64,000 nucleotides of DNA from Minisyncoccia bacterium (GCA_039809265.1 JBDHUR010000001.1:5914-69913); one strand, 5' to 3'. Shown: positions 26,899 through 36,732, numbered from the stretch's first letter. Numbers and translations: made by a program. The notes: generated by a model from the sequence alone, not told the origin.

Positions 26899-28230
26899 TT
26901 AATTCTTGGCGAATTTTTTAGAAAGTGTTTTACTTTTATCTTCTATAAGAAGTGTATAAACTCCGGGTAGCAGGTCACTCACATTCAAACTATTTACTGC
27001 AACAGACTTCTTAATAAAAGAACCCTTTGCATCATAAACAGTAAGAGAAGCCTTGTCGGAAATACCTGACACATACAATACATCTGTGGTCGGATTCGGA
27101 TATACCAACACTTGGGGCAGAGCGTTTTGTAATTGCGTAAGACTTGTAGTAGAAGACAAAGACAGGAGCAGATTTATCCCAGACTGAGCAGGGAAATAGT
27201 TTGCTATTGGGCAAGCAATATCTTGCTTGCCGTCACCATTGTAGTCCGCGATGCAAAGCGAATGCACCGGCAAGACAAATGAGTACTGAGAAGCGAACAA
27301 AGTCCCATTACCAGACTTATCTGCAATAGTTATACCGCTGTTACTGACAAATACAAACTCTTTTGTGCCGTCTGCATCCAAATCTACTACGGAAATATCG
27401 TTTGCATCGTAAGCAGTGGATGGTAAGGGACTTATGTTGGGAGTAGTATTTTGTCCCAAACTGAACTCGTACAAACTTCCAGATGAAGCAGCATACAACT
27501 TGCCATCACTCACAGTGTAAGACGCTATATTGCCGAGTGAGTAAGCGGTTAAAACATTACCAGCAAAATCTTGCTCTATGATACCGCTTGGCGTCCGCGC
27601 AAATATCTGACTACCATAGAACACAAAGTCGTCTCGCCATTCGGGTGTCACTATCTCTGTGATCGTAAACCCAGCGGCAGAAGGCTCTGCCAGAGAATAC
27701 GATGGTGTATAGATTGGGAGTTGAAAATGAGAGATTAAGATCTTCCCAGTTGCTTCATCTATAGCAAAGTTTTCTGTAGTACGGTTTGCATGGTAAGTAT
27801 TTACTTGCCCAAAAGTTCCATTTGGATTTTGGTAAGAAATACCTATAGAGTCATACAAGTTCAGCACCACATCCTGCAGGCCATCTCCATCGTAATCATG
27901 AAGACCTATGTCGTGGGTTACGCTATTGTACAGCTGGCTCTGAGGAGAAGGTACATATGAATACGATCCCGAAAGAGAGAAGCCGCCTTGGCCATCTCCG
28001 AGTAAAACATTGAAACGAAAATCCGTTGCAAAGTTTATTAGACCCGAGTAGCTGTTGTTGAACACGATGTCCATACGGCCATCGGCATTTATATCTTTAG
28101 CTATCATACCCTCGGGGCGTGTGCCGGAAGATATAAACGTGGTGCCATAAGTCTGCGCAAATGCTTTTGCAAAGAATACAGTGCAAAGATAAAGCGCAAT
28201 AAATAGCAGGAGAAATACTTTCTTTTTCAT
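26899..28230 (-). CDS. Secreted FG-GAP/VCBS-repeat protein with T9SS-type C-terminal sorting domain-like tail
   Basis: 443 aa; signal peptide; repeats 'DINADGRMDIV','HDYDGDGLQDVV','VDLDADGTKEFVF','ADYNGDGKQDIA'; C-term 'VYPNPTTDVLYV...LTVYDAKG...LLPGVYTLLIEDKSKT'. Confidence 0.6.
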   Translation of the reverse strand: MKKKVFLLLFIALYLCTVFFAKAFAQTYGTTFISSGTRPEGMIAKDINADGRMDIVFNNSYSGLINFATDFRFNVLLGDGQGGFSLSGSYSYVPSPQSQLYNSVTHDIGLHDYDGDGLQDVVLNLYDSIGISYQNPNGTFGQVNTYHANRTTENFAIDEATGKILISHFQLPIYTPSYSLAEPSAAGFTITEIVTPEWRDDFVFYGSQIFARTPSGIIEQDFAGNVLTAYSLGNIASYTVSDGKLYAASSGSLYEFSLGQNTTPNISPLPSTAYDANDISVVDLDADGTKEFVFVSNSGITIADKSGNGTLFASQYSFVLPVHSLCIADYNGDGKQDIACPIANYFPAQSGINLLLSLSSTTSLTQLQNALPQVLVYPNPTTDVLYVSGISDKASLTVYDAKGSFIKKSVAVNSLNVSDLLPGVYTLLIEDKSKTLSKKFAKN

Positions 28231-28422
28231 AATTATATGTTTTTGAATTTACTTTTTCCTTGTCATTGTATCAGGAAAAAGTCATTTTGTCAAGGTAAAA
28301 ATGGGGAAAACCAGAGAAGGTTACAGGCGCAGAGAACCACCAACTGCACCTGTGAAAAACAACCAGCCATGAAAAGTCTTGTATTTAAAATAAAGATTTA
28401 ACTTGTACGAAGAGTAACAGCA

Positions 28423-29196
28423 CTAAAGGTCAAAGTCAAGCAAAATAGGGCAGTGATCGCTGCCATAGTAATCTGCGAGTGTTTTGAATTTTTCTACATT
28501 TTTTACAAAAGCAGAATTTACAAAAAAGTAATCTATCCGCCAGCCCACATTTCTGTCGCGAGCCTTAGTCTTTTGATCCCAATAAGTGTATACATCTTTC
28601 GTATTTGGGTACATGTGGCGAAAAACATCTACATACCCATGCGCCACAACTTCGTCGAGCCACGCTCTTTCTTCAGGTAAAAATCCAGTATTCTCTTCAT
28701 TTTCTTTTGGTCTGGCAAGATCTAGAGAAGTGTGTGCAGTATTTACATCTCCACAAAAAATTATATTTTTCTTTTGCTTTTTCAAATTGTCTATAAAAGA
28801 TAAAAATGCATCATAGAAGCGCAGTTTGTAATCCAGCCTGTGCGGCCCTCCACCGCCATTCGGGAAATAGCAATTCAAGAGAACAAAGTTATCATAATGT
28901 GCAACAAGCGTGCGACCTTCATCGTCAAATTCTTTTATGCCTATGCCGTATTCCACCTTCTCCGGCTCATACTTGGAATATATCGCTACGCCGCTATAGC
29001 CCTTTTTTACCACAGAAGAAGAAAAGTATGCGTAGTAATTTTTATAGTGTGCAACATTTTCCGGCAGCTGCTCTTTGTCAGCCTTTGTCTCTTGCAAGCA
29101 AAGTATGTCTGGTTTGTATTTACTGAAAATTGGTTCAAAATTGCCTTGCTTTGCTGTCGCCCGCAAGCCATTGGTATTCCAAGAAATTATCCTCAT
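28423..29196 (-). CDS. xth: Exodeoxyribonuclease III (AP endonuclease)
   Basis: Start at MRIISWNTNGLR; 'LCLQETK', C-terminal 'SDHCPILLDFDL' EEP-family motifs. Confidence 0.85.
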   Translation of the reverse strand: MRIISWNTNGLRATAKQGNFEPIFSKYKPDILCLQETKADKEQLPENVAHYKNYYAYFSSSVVKKGYSGVAIYSKYEPEKVEYGIGIKEFDDEGRTLVAHYDNFVLLNCYFPNGGGGPHRLDYKLRFYDAFLSFIDNLKKQKKNIIFCGDVNTAHTSLDLARPKENEENTGFLPEERAWLDEVVAHGYVDVFRHMYPNTKDVYTYWDQKTKARDRNVGWRIDYFFVNSAFVKNVEKFKTLADYYGSDHCPILLDFDL

Positions 29197-29312
29197 ACCA
29201 TGCCATTTTATCATACATCTGGGTTGCATATAAAATGTTTTTAGATATAATACAAAGTCCAGTTCTTAAATAATAAAAAAATCAACAAAAACAACAAAAA
29301 AAAAGTAAAATT

Positions 29313-30044
29313 ATGAGTTTAACAAATCTTCAAATCATTGCTCACAGTACTATACTGATGGGTGGACTGCTGTCTACGGTAGTTGCAACAAAAAACTTGA
29401 TAAAAATAAAACAACCACCAAAACGAATGCTGTACTACCTAGTACCATTTGCCATCTATCTGTTGGGACTTTGGTTGGTGCCAAACCATCACATAGACAA
29501 TAATGAACGTGCAAATGGATTTATCATAACTACGGCAATTATAATCACGCTCGGAGTTATATCTGTATTCTTAATACTCCTCCGCAAACAAACAGAAGAA
29601 AACTGGAGAAGGATTATTTACCGCGAAGTCATAATACAAAAATGGCTTATAGGTTTTCTTGTTTTGTACTGCTTGTGCGGAGCAATACAGCTCTACAGAT
29701 TTTATGGAACACCAAATTGGATAATGGTCACCCTACAAATCGCGGTTCAATTTTTCTTTGGCATAGCAGTAGAAGGAGAATTTACTACCTACAAAAAATT
29801 ACTTGAAGAAAAATCAAATTTCAGAATCATAAAAGTAGAAAAGAATATCTTAAAATGGCTTGTTATCTCTGTTATTCTGAGTTCAATAGTTACATTTGGA
29901 TTTCTCCAAGCTCATGGTATAAAAAATTTACAAGGTATAGTAACAACATTCCTTACTGCTACTGGTTTTGGACTTTTAATAATACTTTTCATATCTGTAG
30001 TACTCTTTAATCACAAAAATAAAAAAGGAATAATATCTAAATAA
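29313..30044 (+). CDS. Polytopic membrane protein (6-7 TM), unknown function
   Basis: 243 aa, hydrophobic helices throughout. Confidence 0.45.
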   Translation: MSLTNLQIIAHSTILMGGLLSTVVATKNLIKIKQPPKRMLYYLVPFAIYLLGLWLVPNHHIDNNERANGFIITTAIIITLGVISVFLILLRKQTEENWRRIIYREVIIQKWLIGFLVLYCLCGAIQLYRFYGTPNWIMVTLQIAVQFFFGIAVEGEFTTYKKLLEEKSNFRIIKVEKNILKWLVISVILSSIVTFGFLQAHGIKNLQGIVTTFLTATGFGLLIILFISVVLFNHKNKKGIISK

Positions 30045-30099
30045 AAAAGAAGCGCCATACTGACAAAAAGTTTGTATGGCGTTTATATTTGTTTTCATT

Positions 30100-31095
30100 T
30101 TATTTCCTTTTACCATGAAACCTTTTATGTATTTCTCGCAAATGACTATCTGTTACATGTGTATAGACTTGAGTCGTGGAGATATTCGCATGTCCTAACA
30201 TCATTTGCACACTACGTATATCTGCTCCATTGCTCAATAAGTCTGTGGCAAAACTATGACGTATGACGTGTGGTGTAACTTTTTTTGTAATGCCTGCAAT
30301 AGTTGCATAATTCTTTACTATTCTCTCTATCGAGCGACGGGTTAGAGGCGGGAGGTCTAGTGTTTCTTCTTTGCCTTTCTTTTTAGTTTTCTGTGCGCTT
30401 TTATTTTCTGTTTCTTTTTCCTTTTTATTTTTTTCTTTGCGCATCTCTATACCGACCTGCACAAAAAGAGCTTCGGACATATCTTTTCTCGCATTCATAT
30501 ATGCTCGCACCGCCCGTCTAGCATCCTCAGAAAGAAAGACTACCCGTACCTTGCCGCCCTTTCCACGGATAGGAAAATCATCTAAAGACAAATCGAGGTC
30601 GCTTGTCAAAGAACAAAGTTCTGATACACGAAGCCCAGTGGAGAACAGAAGCTCAAGGATAGCTTTATCTCGCAAACTTTTAAGATCATTGCCCTTCGGT
30701 GCAGAAAGCAAACGCGAAAGCTCGGATGGAGAGATAAGATCAAGCGAACGCTCGGTTACTTTTGCCAGCTCTATTTTGTCTTTTTGTAAACTTTTTATAT
30801 CCATTTTTGCCAGAAATTTCAGAAATACCCGCAAGGCTATCATGTAGTAGTTTTGAGTTTTTTTGGAGAGAGTTTTGCCTGTGGCGCGATTGTTGCCGGT
30901 AGACTGGCGATTGAGCCACAAGCGAAAATCCCTCACTGAAGCGTCTGTTATATCCGAAGGGTCTTTTATTTTTGCGAAATTGAAATATCTGTCCAAATAG
31001 TGATCATAATTTTCTACCGTGCGGATACTGGAACCTTTTTCAATCTCCAGATATTCCAGAAATTGGCGTTTCAGATCAAGAATATTGTGCGACAT
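30100..31095 (-). CDS. Tyrosine site-specific recombinase, XerC/XerD family, with Lys-rich insertion
   Basis: 331 aa; 'GLRVSELCSLT', 'HVIRHSFAT', 'LGHANISTTQVYTHV' catalytic R-H-R-Y context; ~35-aa KEKNKKEKETENK insertion. Confidence 0.75.
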   Translation of the reverse strand: MSHNILDLKRQFLEYLEIEKGSSIRTVENYDHYLDRYFNFAKIKDPSDITDASVRDFRLWLNRQSTGNNRATGKTLSKKTQNYYMIALRVFLKFLAKMDIKSLQKDKIELAKVTERSLDLISPSELSRLLSAPKGNDLKSLRDKAILELLFSTGLRVSELCSLTSDLDLSLDDFPIRGKGGKVRVVFLSEDARRAVRAYMNARKDMSEALFVQVGIEMRKEKNKKEKETENKSAQKTKKKGKEETLDLPPLTRRSIERIVKNYATIAGITKKVTPHVIRHSFATDLLSNGADIRSVQMMLGHANISTTQVYTHVTDSHLREIHKRFHGKRK

Positions 31096-31149
31096 GGGTA
31101 CAGTATAGCACTACTTGCACAATTTCCAAGAATATGCTATTATACGCCC

Positions 31150-31413
31150 ATGCTTACGACAAAGAAAAAACAAGCAGTTATCAAGAAGTCCCGAGTGCAC
31201 GACAAAGACACTGGCTCTTCCCAAGTCCAGATAGGCATCTTGACTGAGCGTATAGAGGAGCTTGCAAAGCACCTAAAGACTCACAAGAAGGATAACCACT
31301 CCCGCCGAGGACTTATAAAGATGGTTGCTGACAGACGAACTCATCTGAAATATCTTGAACGCAAGGACAAGAATGCTCACGCGGAAGTCGTCAAAAAGAT
31401 CAAACTTGGCTAA
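31150..31413 (+). CDS. rpsO: 30S ribosomal protein S15
   Basis: Start at MLTTKKKQAV (internal to ORF 31000..31413); 'GSSQVQIGILTERIEELAKHLKTHKKDNHSRRGLIKMV'. Confidence 0.9.
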   Translation: MLTTKKKQAVIKKSRVHDKDTGSSQVQIGILTERIEELAKHLKTHKKDNHSRRGLIKMVADRRTHLKYLERKDKNAHAEVVKKIKLG

Positions 31414-31418
31414 AACAT

Positions 31419-31443
31419 AAACCCGCCATTTGAGCGGGTTTTG
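31419..31443 (+). terminator. Rho-independent terminator after rpsO
   Basis: aaacccgc-catttga-gcgggtttt. Confidence 0.6.
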
Positions 31444-31531
31444 TGTTAGAATTCAAACAGCATAATAATGAATGAAGTAAAAATAAAAAAAATATATTTC
31501 ATGCGTAGTTTTAATAATTTTAATAGTAAAT

Positions 31532-32038
31532 ATGAGCATAATAAAGCATAAAGAACAGCGGGTGGGTATTTTTATAGATACACAAAACCTTTACCACACC
31601 GCAAAGAATTTATACAAAAGAAAGGTAAATTTTGGGCAAATATTAAAAGACGCCCTGGCTGGAAGAAAGCTAGTACGCGCTATAGCGTACGTCATAACAA
31701 GCGAAGCGGGAGACGAAAAGAATTTCTTTGAAGCTCTGACCAAGATGGGCATAGAAACAAAGACGAAAGACCTGCAAGTTTTCTCCAGCGGCGCCAAAAA
31801 AGCCGACTGGGATGTGGGACTCGCGGTAGACGCTGTCAAGATGGCTCTACGGCTAGACACGGTGATAATAGTTTCCGGAGACGGAGACTTTGTACCGCTT
31901 GTGGAATATCTGCAAACCATGACACAAGTAGAAGTAATATCTTTTGGGCAATCAACTTCTCAAAAATTGAAAGAAACAGCAGACGACTTCATGGATCTTT
32001 CCGTAAACCCAAGGAAATATCTGATAGGTATGCGATAA
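31532..32038 (+). CDS. NYN-domain (LabA/DUF88-like) putative RNA nuclease
   Basis: 168 aa; 'VGIFIDTQNLY', 'DVGLAVDAV', 'IIVSGDGDFVPLV' NYN/PIN-like acidic motifs. Confidence 0.7.
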   Translation: MSIIKHKEQRVGIFIDTQNLYHTAKNLYKRKVNFGQILKDALAGRKLVRAIAYVITSEAGDEKNFFEALTKMGIETKTKDLQVFSSGAKKADWDVGLAVDAVKMALRLDTVIIVSGDGDFVPLVEYLQTMTQVEVISFGQSTSQKLKETADDFMDLSVNPRKYLIGMR

Positions 32039-32148
32039 AAAAATAGATTTTTACTGTAAAATATTTTGTAGCTATTTTGTTTTAATAAATAACTTGATAT
32101 TATTTAACTGTGTATGAGAGTATTATTATTATTTTAACAAGAATATTT

Positions 32149-32511
32149 ATGCAAAATAAATCTAGGTATATGTTCATATTAGCAGTCGTTGTAGTTTTTA
32201 TTATAGGAATAATAATTGGCAATAAATTGCTTCCCTCAAATATAAAGTCACAGGGTGCAAGAGCACTAGACTCACAAAAAGATACCGGGGTACCGACAAG
32301 AGCAGAGCAGGGAACACTGGAATATGCTGGCAACAACAACGGAACACAAAACAAACAAAAAGTCACCTGCACGAAGGGCCTTGTGAGTGTAACAATAGAA
32401 TTTGAAACACCCCCAGCTCACACACCAGGGACATACACAGGAACATATTCATCTACAGGGGGATTACTCGGAAGTGGCGCAATGACATGTACATGGAGTG
32501 AAGTCTACTAG
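32149..32511 (+). CDS. Small secreted/anchored protein
   Basis: Start at MQNKSRYM; N-terminal hydrophobic segment 'MFILAVVVVFIIGIIIG'; Thr/Gly-rich. Confidence 0.4.
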   Translation: MQNKSRYMFILAVVVVFIIGIIIGNKLLPSNIKSQGARALDSQKDTGVPTRAEQGTLEYAGNNNGTQNKQKVTCTKGLVSVTIEFETPPAHTPGTYTGTYSSTGGLLGSGAMTCTWSEVY

Positions 32512-32530
32512 ATAGAAAAAATTATTATCG

Positions 32531-32563
32531 TGTAAAACACCCGCAAAATTGCGGGTGTTTTAC
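32531..32563 (+). terminator. Rho-independent terminator
   Basis: gtaaaacacccgc-aaaatt-gcgggtgttttac. Confidence 0.6.
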
Positions 32564-32570
32564 AATCTAC

Positions 32571-33089
32571 TTGACAATAATAAATTATTATGATACGATT
32601 CAAAAAACATTAAAAATAAACAAGATGAAACATTCTCTTTTAATTATCTCACTAAGTATTCACGTTGTGGCAATACTTATCGGAAGTCAAATCATATATA
32701 ATTTAATCAAAGAATTATATATAGGACTGCTCCTAGGTATGCGTTTTGAAAACAATGACACAGTAACAACACAAGTTGTGTTACGCGGTGTTCTTTTTTT
32801 CACCACATATTTATTCTACATAATGGCATATTATTTTTTACTGAGAAAAATCCCGCTGACATTTCCTAAAAAAAGTTTGTATATTGGAATATTTTTATAT
32901 ATAGCAATTGGTATGTTATTAGTAAAATTAATAACCTTTACAACTATTAGCGTGACTACATACAACACCAGCCTTAGTATTTGGGACTTTCTTGTAATAT
33001 ATTCCCTGTTTTTTGTTTCCCTTATTATAGTTGTAATACATGGACTAAAAATGAGAAATTATATTCTACTGAAGAAGAAACGCGAATAA
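32571..33089 (+). CDS. Polytopic membrane protein, unknown function
   Basis: 172 aa, 5 hydrophobic helices. Confidence 0.45.
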   Translation: MTIINYYDTIQKTLKINKMKHSLLIISLSIHVVAILIGSQIIYNLIKELYIGLLLGMRFENNDTVTTQVVLRGVLFFTTYLFYIMAYYFLLRKIPLTFPKKSLYIGIFLYIAIGMLLVKLITFTTISVTTYNTSLSIWDFLVIYSLFFVSLIIVVIHGLKMRNYILLKKKRE

Positions 33090-33158
33090 AAACAAAAATA
33101 AAATTAAACAAAAATCCCCCTAATATGATTAGAGGGATTTTATTTTAATAGTTTCACT

Positions 33159-35381
33159 TTGGCGGTTTTTCGTGATAAAGTGGAGGCTATGAAACAAAAA
33201 GAATACTCTTTAGAAATTGAGGGCAAGAAAATAACAGCTGTATTTTCAGACCTGGCAGACCAGGCCAACGGCTCCGTCATACTAAAGTGCGAAGACACTG
33301 TGGTCATGGCAACAGCAGTCATATCTAAAAGCGCAGAAAAAAGTCTTGGATTTTTCAATCTGACTGTGGAGTATCTGGAAAAATATTATGCTGCTGGACT
33401 GATACTTGGCGGGCAATACAACAAACGCGAAGGCAGACCTTCAGACGAAGCTATACTTTCCTCGCGTATCATAGACCGAACTATACGCCCGCTTTTTGAT
33501 AAACACATAAAGAATGCTGTTCAGGTCATCGTCACTGTTTTATCCGTGGGACAAGCGGACCCTGGAGTGCTCGGCATAAATGCAGCGTCTTTGGCATTAG
33601 CAACTTCAGATATACCTTGGGGTGGACCAGTCGGTGCAGTACATATAGGCAAAGTGAAAGGGACAAATGAGATAAGGTACGACGAGTACGTTCCCCACAA
33701 TGGCGAACCGGTTTACGACCTTGACCTGACCGTTTGCGGAAAAGAAGGCAAGATTATGATGATAGAGGCTATGACGTTTGAAATGAATGAGGAAGAGGTA
33801 GGTCAAGCTTTTGACAAAGCGAACGAACACATAGCACAGATAGAAAATTGGCAAAAACAAATCGCCAGTGAGATAGGCAAGAAAAAATTAGAATTCCCGA
33901 AACCACAAACTCCGGAAGAGATAAAAACAGAGTTTATAAACACTATAGGCCACGAACTCATGGACGGGCTTTTTATGAAAGGCAAGTTTGAAGGCACGCT
34001 TTCTAAAAACAACATCACAGACTTTGAGCTAAAATGGAAGGAAAAGGCAGAAGAAATGTATCCGCCATCTGCCGACTACAAGGCCAACAAAGCAAACGAG
34101 GAACTGCGCAATATAGCCCACGACTACTTCCACCACGAGCTGGACAGAGTACTGCACGAAGGCGCCCTAAAAGAAGGCCACCGCGCGGACGGCAGAGCAA
34201 TGAACGAAGTCCGCGCCTTGTATGCAAAAGCAGGCGGATTTTCTCCTGTACTTCACGGCACAGGCATATTTTACCGCGGAGAAACACATGTCCTTTCTGC
34301 GCTGACTTTGGGCGGACCAGCAGATATGTATGTGTTGGATGGGATGGAAGTGCGAGGAGAAAAAAGGTTTATGCATCACTACAACTTTCCGCCGTACTCT
34401 GCCGGAGAAACTGGCCGTGTGGGCGGACTAAATAGACGCGAAATGGGGCATGGCATGCTGGCAGAAAAAGCTCTTGTGCCGGTACTTCCTTCAAAGATGG
34501 ATTTCCCTTATACCATTCGGCTAGTTTCTGAATCTATGGCATCCAATGGTTCCACTTCACAAGCTTCCATCTGCGCATCATCGCTTGCGCTTATGGACGG
34601 CGGAGTACCTATCAAGTCTCCTGTTGCCGGCATTGCTATGGGTGCAATGATAGACGAAGTAAATCATACAGACTATAAAATATTGACAGACATCCAAGGC
34701 CCAGAAGACCACCATGGAGACATGGACTTCAAGGTCGCAGGCACAAGAAGCGGGATAACTGCTATGCAGCTGGATATAAAAGTCGGCGGTATAGCGCCAG
34801 CAATTTTGAAAGAGGCACTGGTACAGGCAAAAGATGCTAGGCTTAAAATACTAGACACTATAGAAGCCGAAATACAGAAACCGAGAACAGATATCTCATC
34901 AAAAGCACCAAAAATATTGATAATGAAAATAAAGACAGAACAGATAGGACTTGTGATAGGCTCTGGAGGCAAAACCGTAAATGGGATAAAAGACAAAACC
35001 GGAGCAGAGATTACCATAGAAGACGACGGCACAGTATACATTACCGGCAAAAACGGCAGTGCCGAAGAAGCCAAGAAGATAGTGGAAGCACTGACAAAAG
35101 AGTGGAAAGTAGGTGACATTGCCGAAGGGCTTGTGGTGAAAATCCTGGAGATCGGCGCAGTAGTCGCACTTTCAGAATATTCGGACGGACTTGTCCACAT
35201 ATCTGAGATAGCACCATTTCGCGTGCAGAAAGTTACAGATGTGCTGAAAGAAGGACAGAGAATACCGGTAAAAGTTGTCGCCGTAGACAACGAACGTGGG
35301 CGCATAAGTCTCTCCATAAAAGAAGCGGACAAAAACTTTATAAAAAATCCGTACCAGCAAATACCAGCAACACAAGCATAG
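33159..35381 (+). CDS. pnp: Polyribonucleotide nucleotidyltransferase (PNPase)
   Basis: 740 aa; two RNase PH domains, KH 'GLVIGSGGKTVNGI', C-terminal S1 domain; alternative start at ~33189. Confidence 0.9.
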   Translation: MAVFRDKVEAMKQKEYSLEIEGKKITAVFSDLADQANGSVILKCEDTVVMATAVISKSAEKSLGFFNLTVEYLEKYYAAGLILGGQYNKREGRPSDEAILSSRIIDRTIRPLFDKHIKNAVQVIVTVLSVGQADPGVLGINAASLALATSDIPWGGPVGAVHIGKVKGTNEIRYDEYVPHNGEPVYDLDLTVCGKEGKIMMIEAMTFEMNEEEVGQAFDKANEHIAQIENWQKQIASEIGKKKLEFPKPQTPEEIKTEFINTIGHELMDGLFMKGKFEGTLSKNNITDFELKWKEKAEEMYPPSADYKANKANEELRNIAHDYFHHELDRVLHEGALKEGHRADGRAMNEVRALYAKAGGFSPVLHGTGIFYRGETHVLSALTLGGPADMYVLDGMEVRGEKRFMHHYNFPPYSAGETGRVGGLNRREMGHGMLAEKALVPVLPSKMDFPYTIRLVSESMASNGSTSQASICASSLALMDGGVPIKSPVAGIAMGAMIDEVNHTDYKILTDIQGPEDHHGDMDFKVAGTRSGITAMQLDIKVGGIAPAILKEALVQAKDARLKILDTIEAEIQKPRTDISSKAPKILIMKIKTEQIGLVIGSGGKTVNGIKDKTGAEITIEDDGTVYITGKNGSAEEAKKIVEALTKEWKVGDIAEGLVVKILEIGAVVALSEYSDGLVHISEIAPFRVQKVTDVLKEGQRIPVKVVAVDNERGRISLSIKEADKNFIKNPYQQIPATQA

Positions 35382-35392
35382 AAACTTTCTCG

Positions 35393-35424
35393 CAAAAAAT
35401 CGCCGACTTTTCTGGCGATTTTTT
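35393..35424 (+). terminator. Rho-independent terminator after pnp
   Basis: aaaaaatcgccga-cttttc-tggcgatttttt. Confidence 0.55.
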
Positions 35425-35440
35425 GCTATAATACAAAAAC

Positions 35441-36343
35441 ATGGATCCAAATGAAACTCAAAAAAGCACCGAGAAAATAAACTCACAGCCTGTTGTGCTG
35501 CGCACGTTTTCTTCTGACTTGGCAGATGCGATAAAAAGTGGGGAAGCTTCTATGGTAAAGATAGCCATGGCGGAACAAAAGAAAAAAGAAGCCGAGTATG
35601 AAAACTTTTCTCCTCAGTCCAAGAAAAACAAGTTCTTTATTATGGGCAGTTCGGTGCTAGTAGCGCTTGGCATCATAGGCATAGGGTTTTACTTTTTGTA
35701 CGGCAGAAGCCAGCCAGAGCAGGTAGTGAACACAACACCTCAATTCCAGTCTTTGATATACGCAAACCAAAATAAAGGTTACGACCTAACAGACCTAGAG
35801 CGCAACCAGGTGCAAAACATAATCCAAAATGAGATAAAAAATGCTTCCGTAGGCAACAACGAGATATTGAACATGTATTTCATAACTAAAGACAACGTAA
35901 ACGCAACAAAGCTAAACAGCCAGCAATTCTTCACTGCTATAGGAGCAAGTATTCCAGGGAGAGCAGCGCGCACTTTGGCAAACGACTTCATGCTCGGTAT
36001 ACACAAGGGAACTGTTTCAGACAAAAACACTCCTTTTATCTTGTTAAACACTACCGACTACGACAGTATGTATGCGGGCATGCTGGAATGGGAACCAAAA
36101 ATGATGGACGACTTTTTTATAATGTTTAACATATCTGTAGCAGGAGACAAGAACTACTTACTGACAAAGAGTTTCCAAGACGGGACATTTAGAAACATAG
36201 ATATCCGAACACTGCTAGACAAAGACGGCAACACCGTCATCATGTACGGTTTCATAAACCCGCGTACGGTTATCATAACAGCAAGCCAAGAAACATTTGC
36301 CGAGGTGATGAACCGCTACAATGCCAGCCGTCTGGAGAGGTAG
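35441..36343 (+). CDS. Membrane-anchored protein (cytoplasmic N-tail, single TM, extracytoplasmic domain), unknown function
   Basis: 300 aa; TM 'FIMGSSVLVALGIIGIGFYFLY'. Confidence 0.5.
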   Translation: MDPNETQKSTEKINSQPVVLRTFSSDLADAIKSGEASMVKIAMAEQKKKEAEYENFSPQSKKNKFFIMGSSVLVALGIIGIGFYFLYGRSQPEQVVNTTPQFQSLIYANQNKGYDLTDLERNQVQNIIQNEIKNASVGNNEILNMYFITKDNVNATKLNSQQFFTAIGASIPGRAARTLANDFMLGIHKGTVSDKNTPFILLNTTDYDSMYAGMLEWEPKMMDDFFIMFNISVAGDKNYLLTKSFQDGTFRNIDIRTLLDKDGNTVIMYGFINPRTVIITASQETFAEVMNRYNASRLER

Positions 36344-36378
36344 CTTGCCATTTGTGTCTCGGATGCTATGATAAAGCT

Positions 36379-36732
36379 ATGAAAACAGATGTATACAAAG
36401 AAAAATTGTTGGAAGAAAAAGGCATACTAGAAGAAGAACTCCGTGGCTTGGGCAGAGTGGTAAACACTGAAACAGGCGACTGGGAAGCGGTGCCAGAGGA
36501 AAGTCTGCCTGAAGCGGACGAGAATGACCTTGCAGACAAAGCTGAAAACTATGAAGAAAGAACAGCTATGCTAAATACGCTTGAAGCAAGGCTTGTAGAT
36601 GTAAACTTGGCACTCCAGAAAATATCCGACGGCAACTACGGCAAATGCGAAGTCTCCGGCGAGATGATAGAAGAAGACCGGCTCATGGCAAACCCAGCTG
36701 CGCGGACATGCAAAGCTCACATGAATTCTTAA
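36379..36732 (+). CDS. DksA/TraR-family protein with degenerate (C-x2-S-x17-C-x2-H) zinc finger
   Basis: Start at MKTDVYKEKLLEE; coiled-coil then 'GKCEVSGEMIEEDRLMANPAARTCKAH'. Confidence 0.65.
   Translation: MKTDVYKEKLLEEKGILEEELRGLGRVVNTETGDWEAVPEESLPEADENDLADKAENYEERTAMLNTLEARLVDVNLALQKISDGNYGKCEVSGEMIEEDRLMANPAARTCKAHMNS

Noticed and set aside
30100-31095. Xer-like recombinase as a marker of an integrated prophage/ICE
   Set aside because: No phage structural, replication or relaxase genes and no flanking direct repeats or tRNA were found. The neighbours are xth and rpsO, both housekeeping genes.
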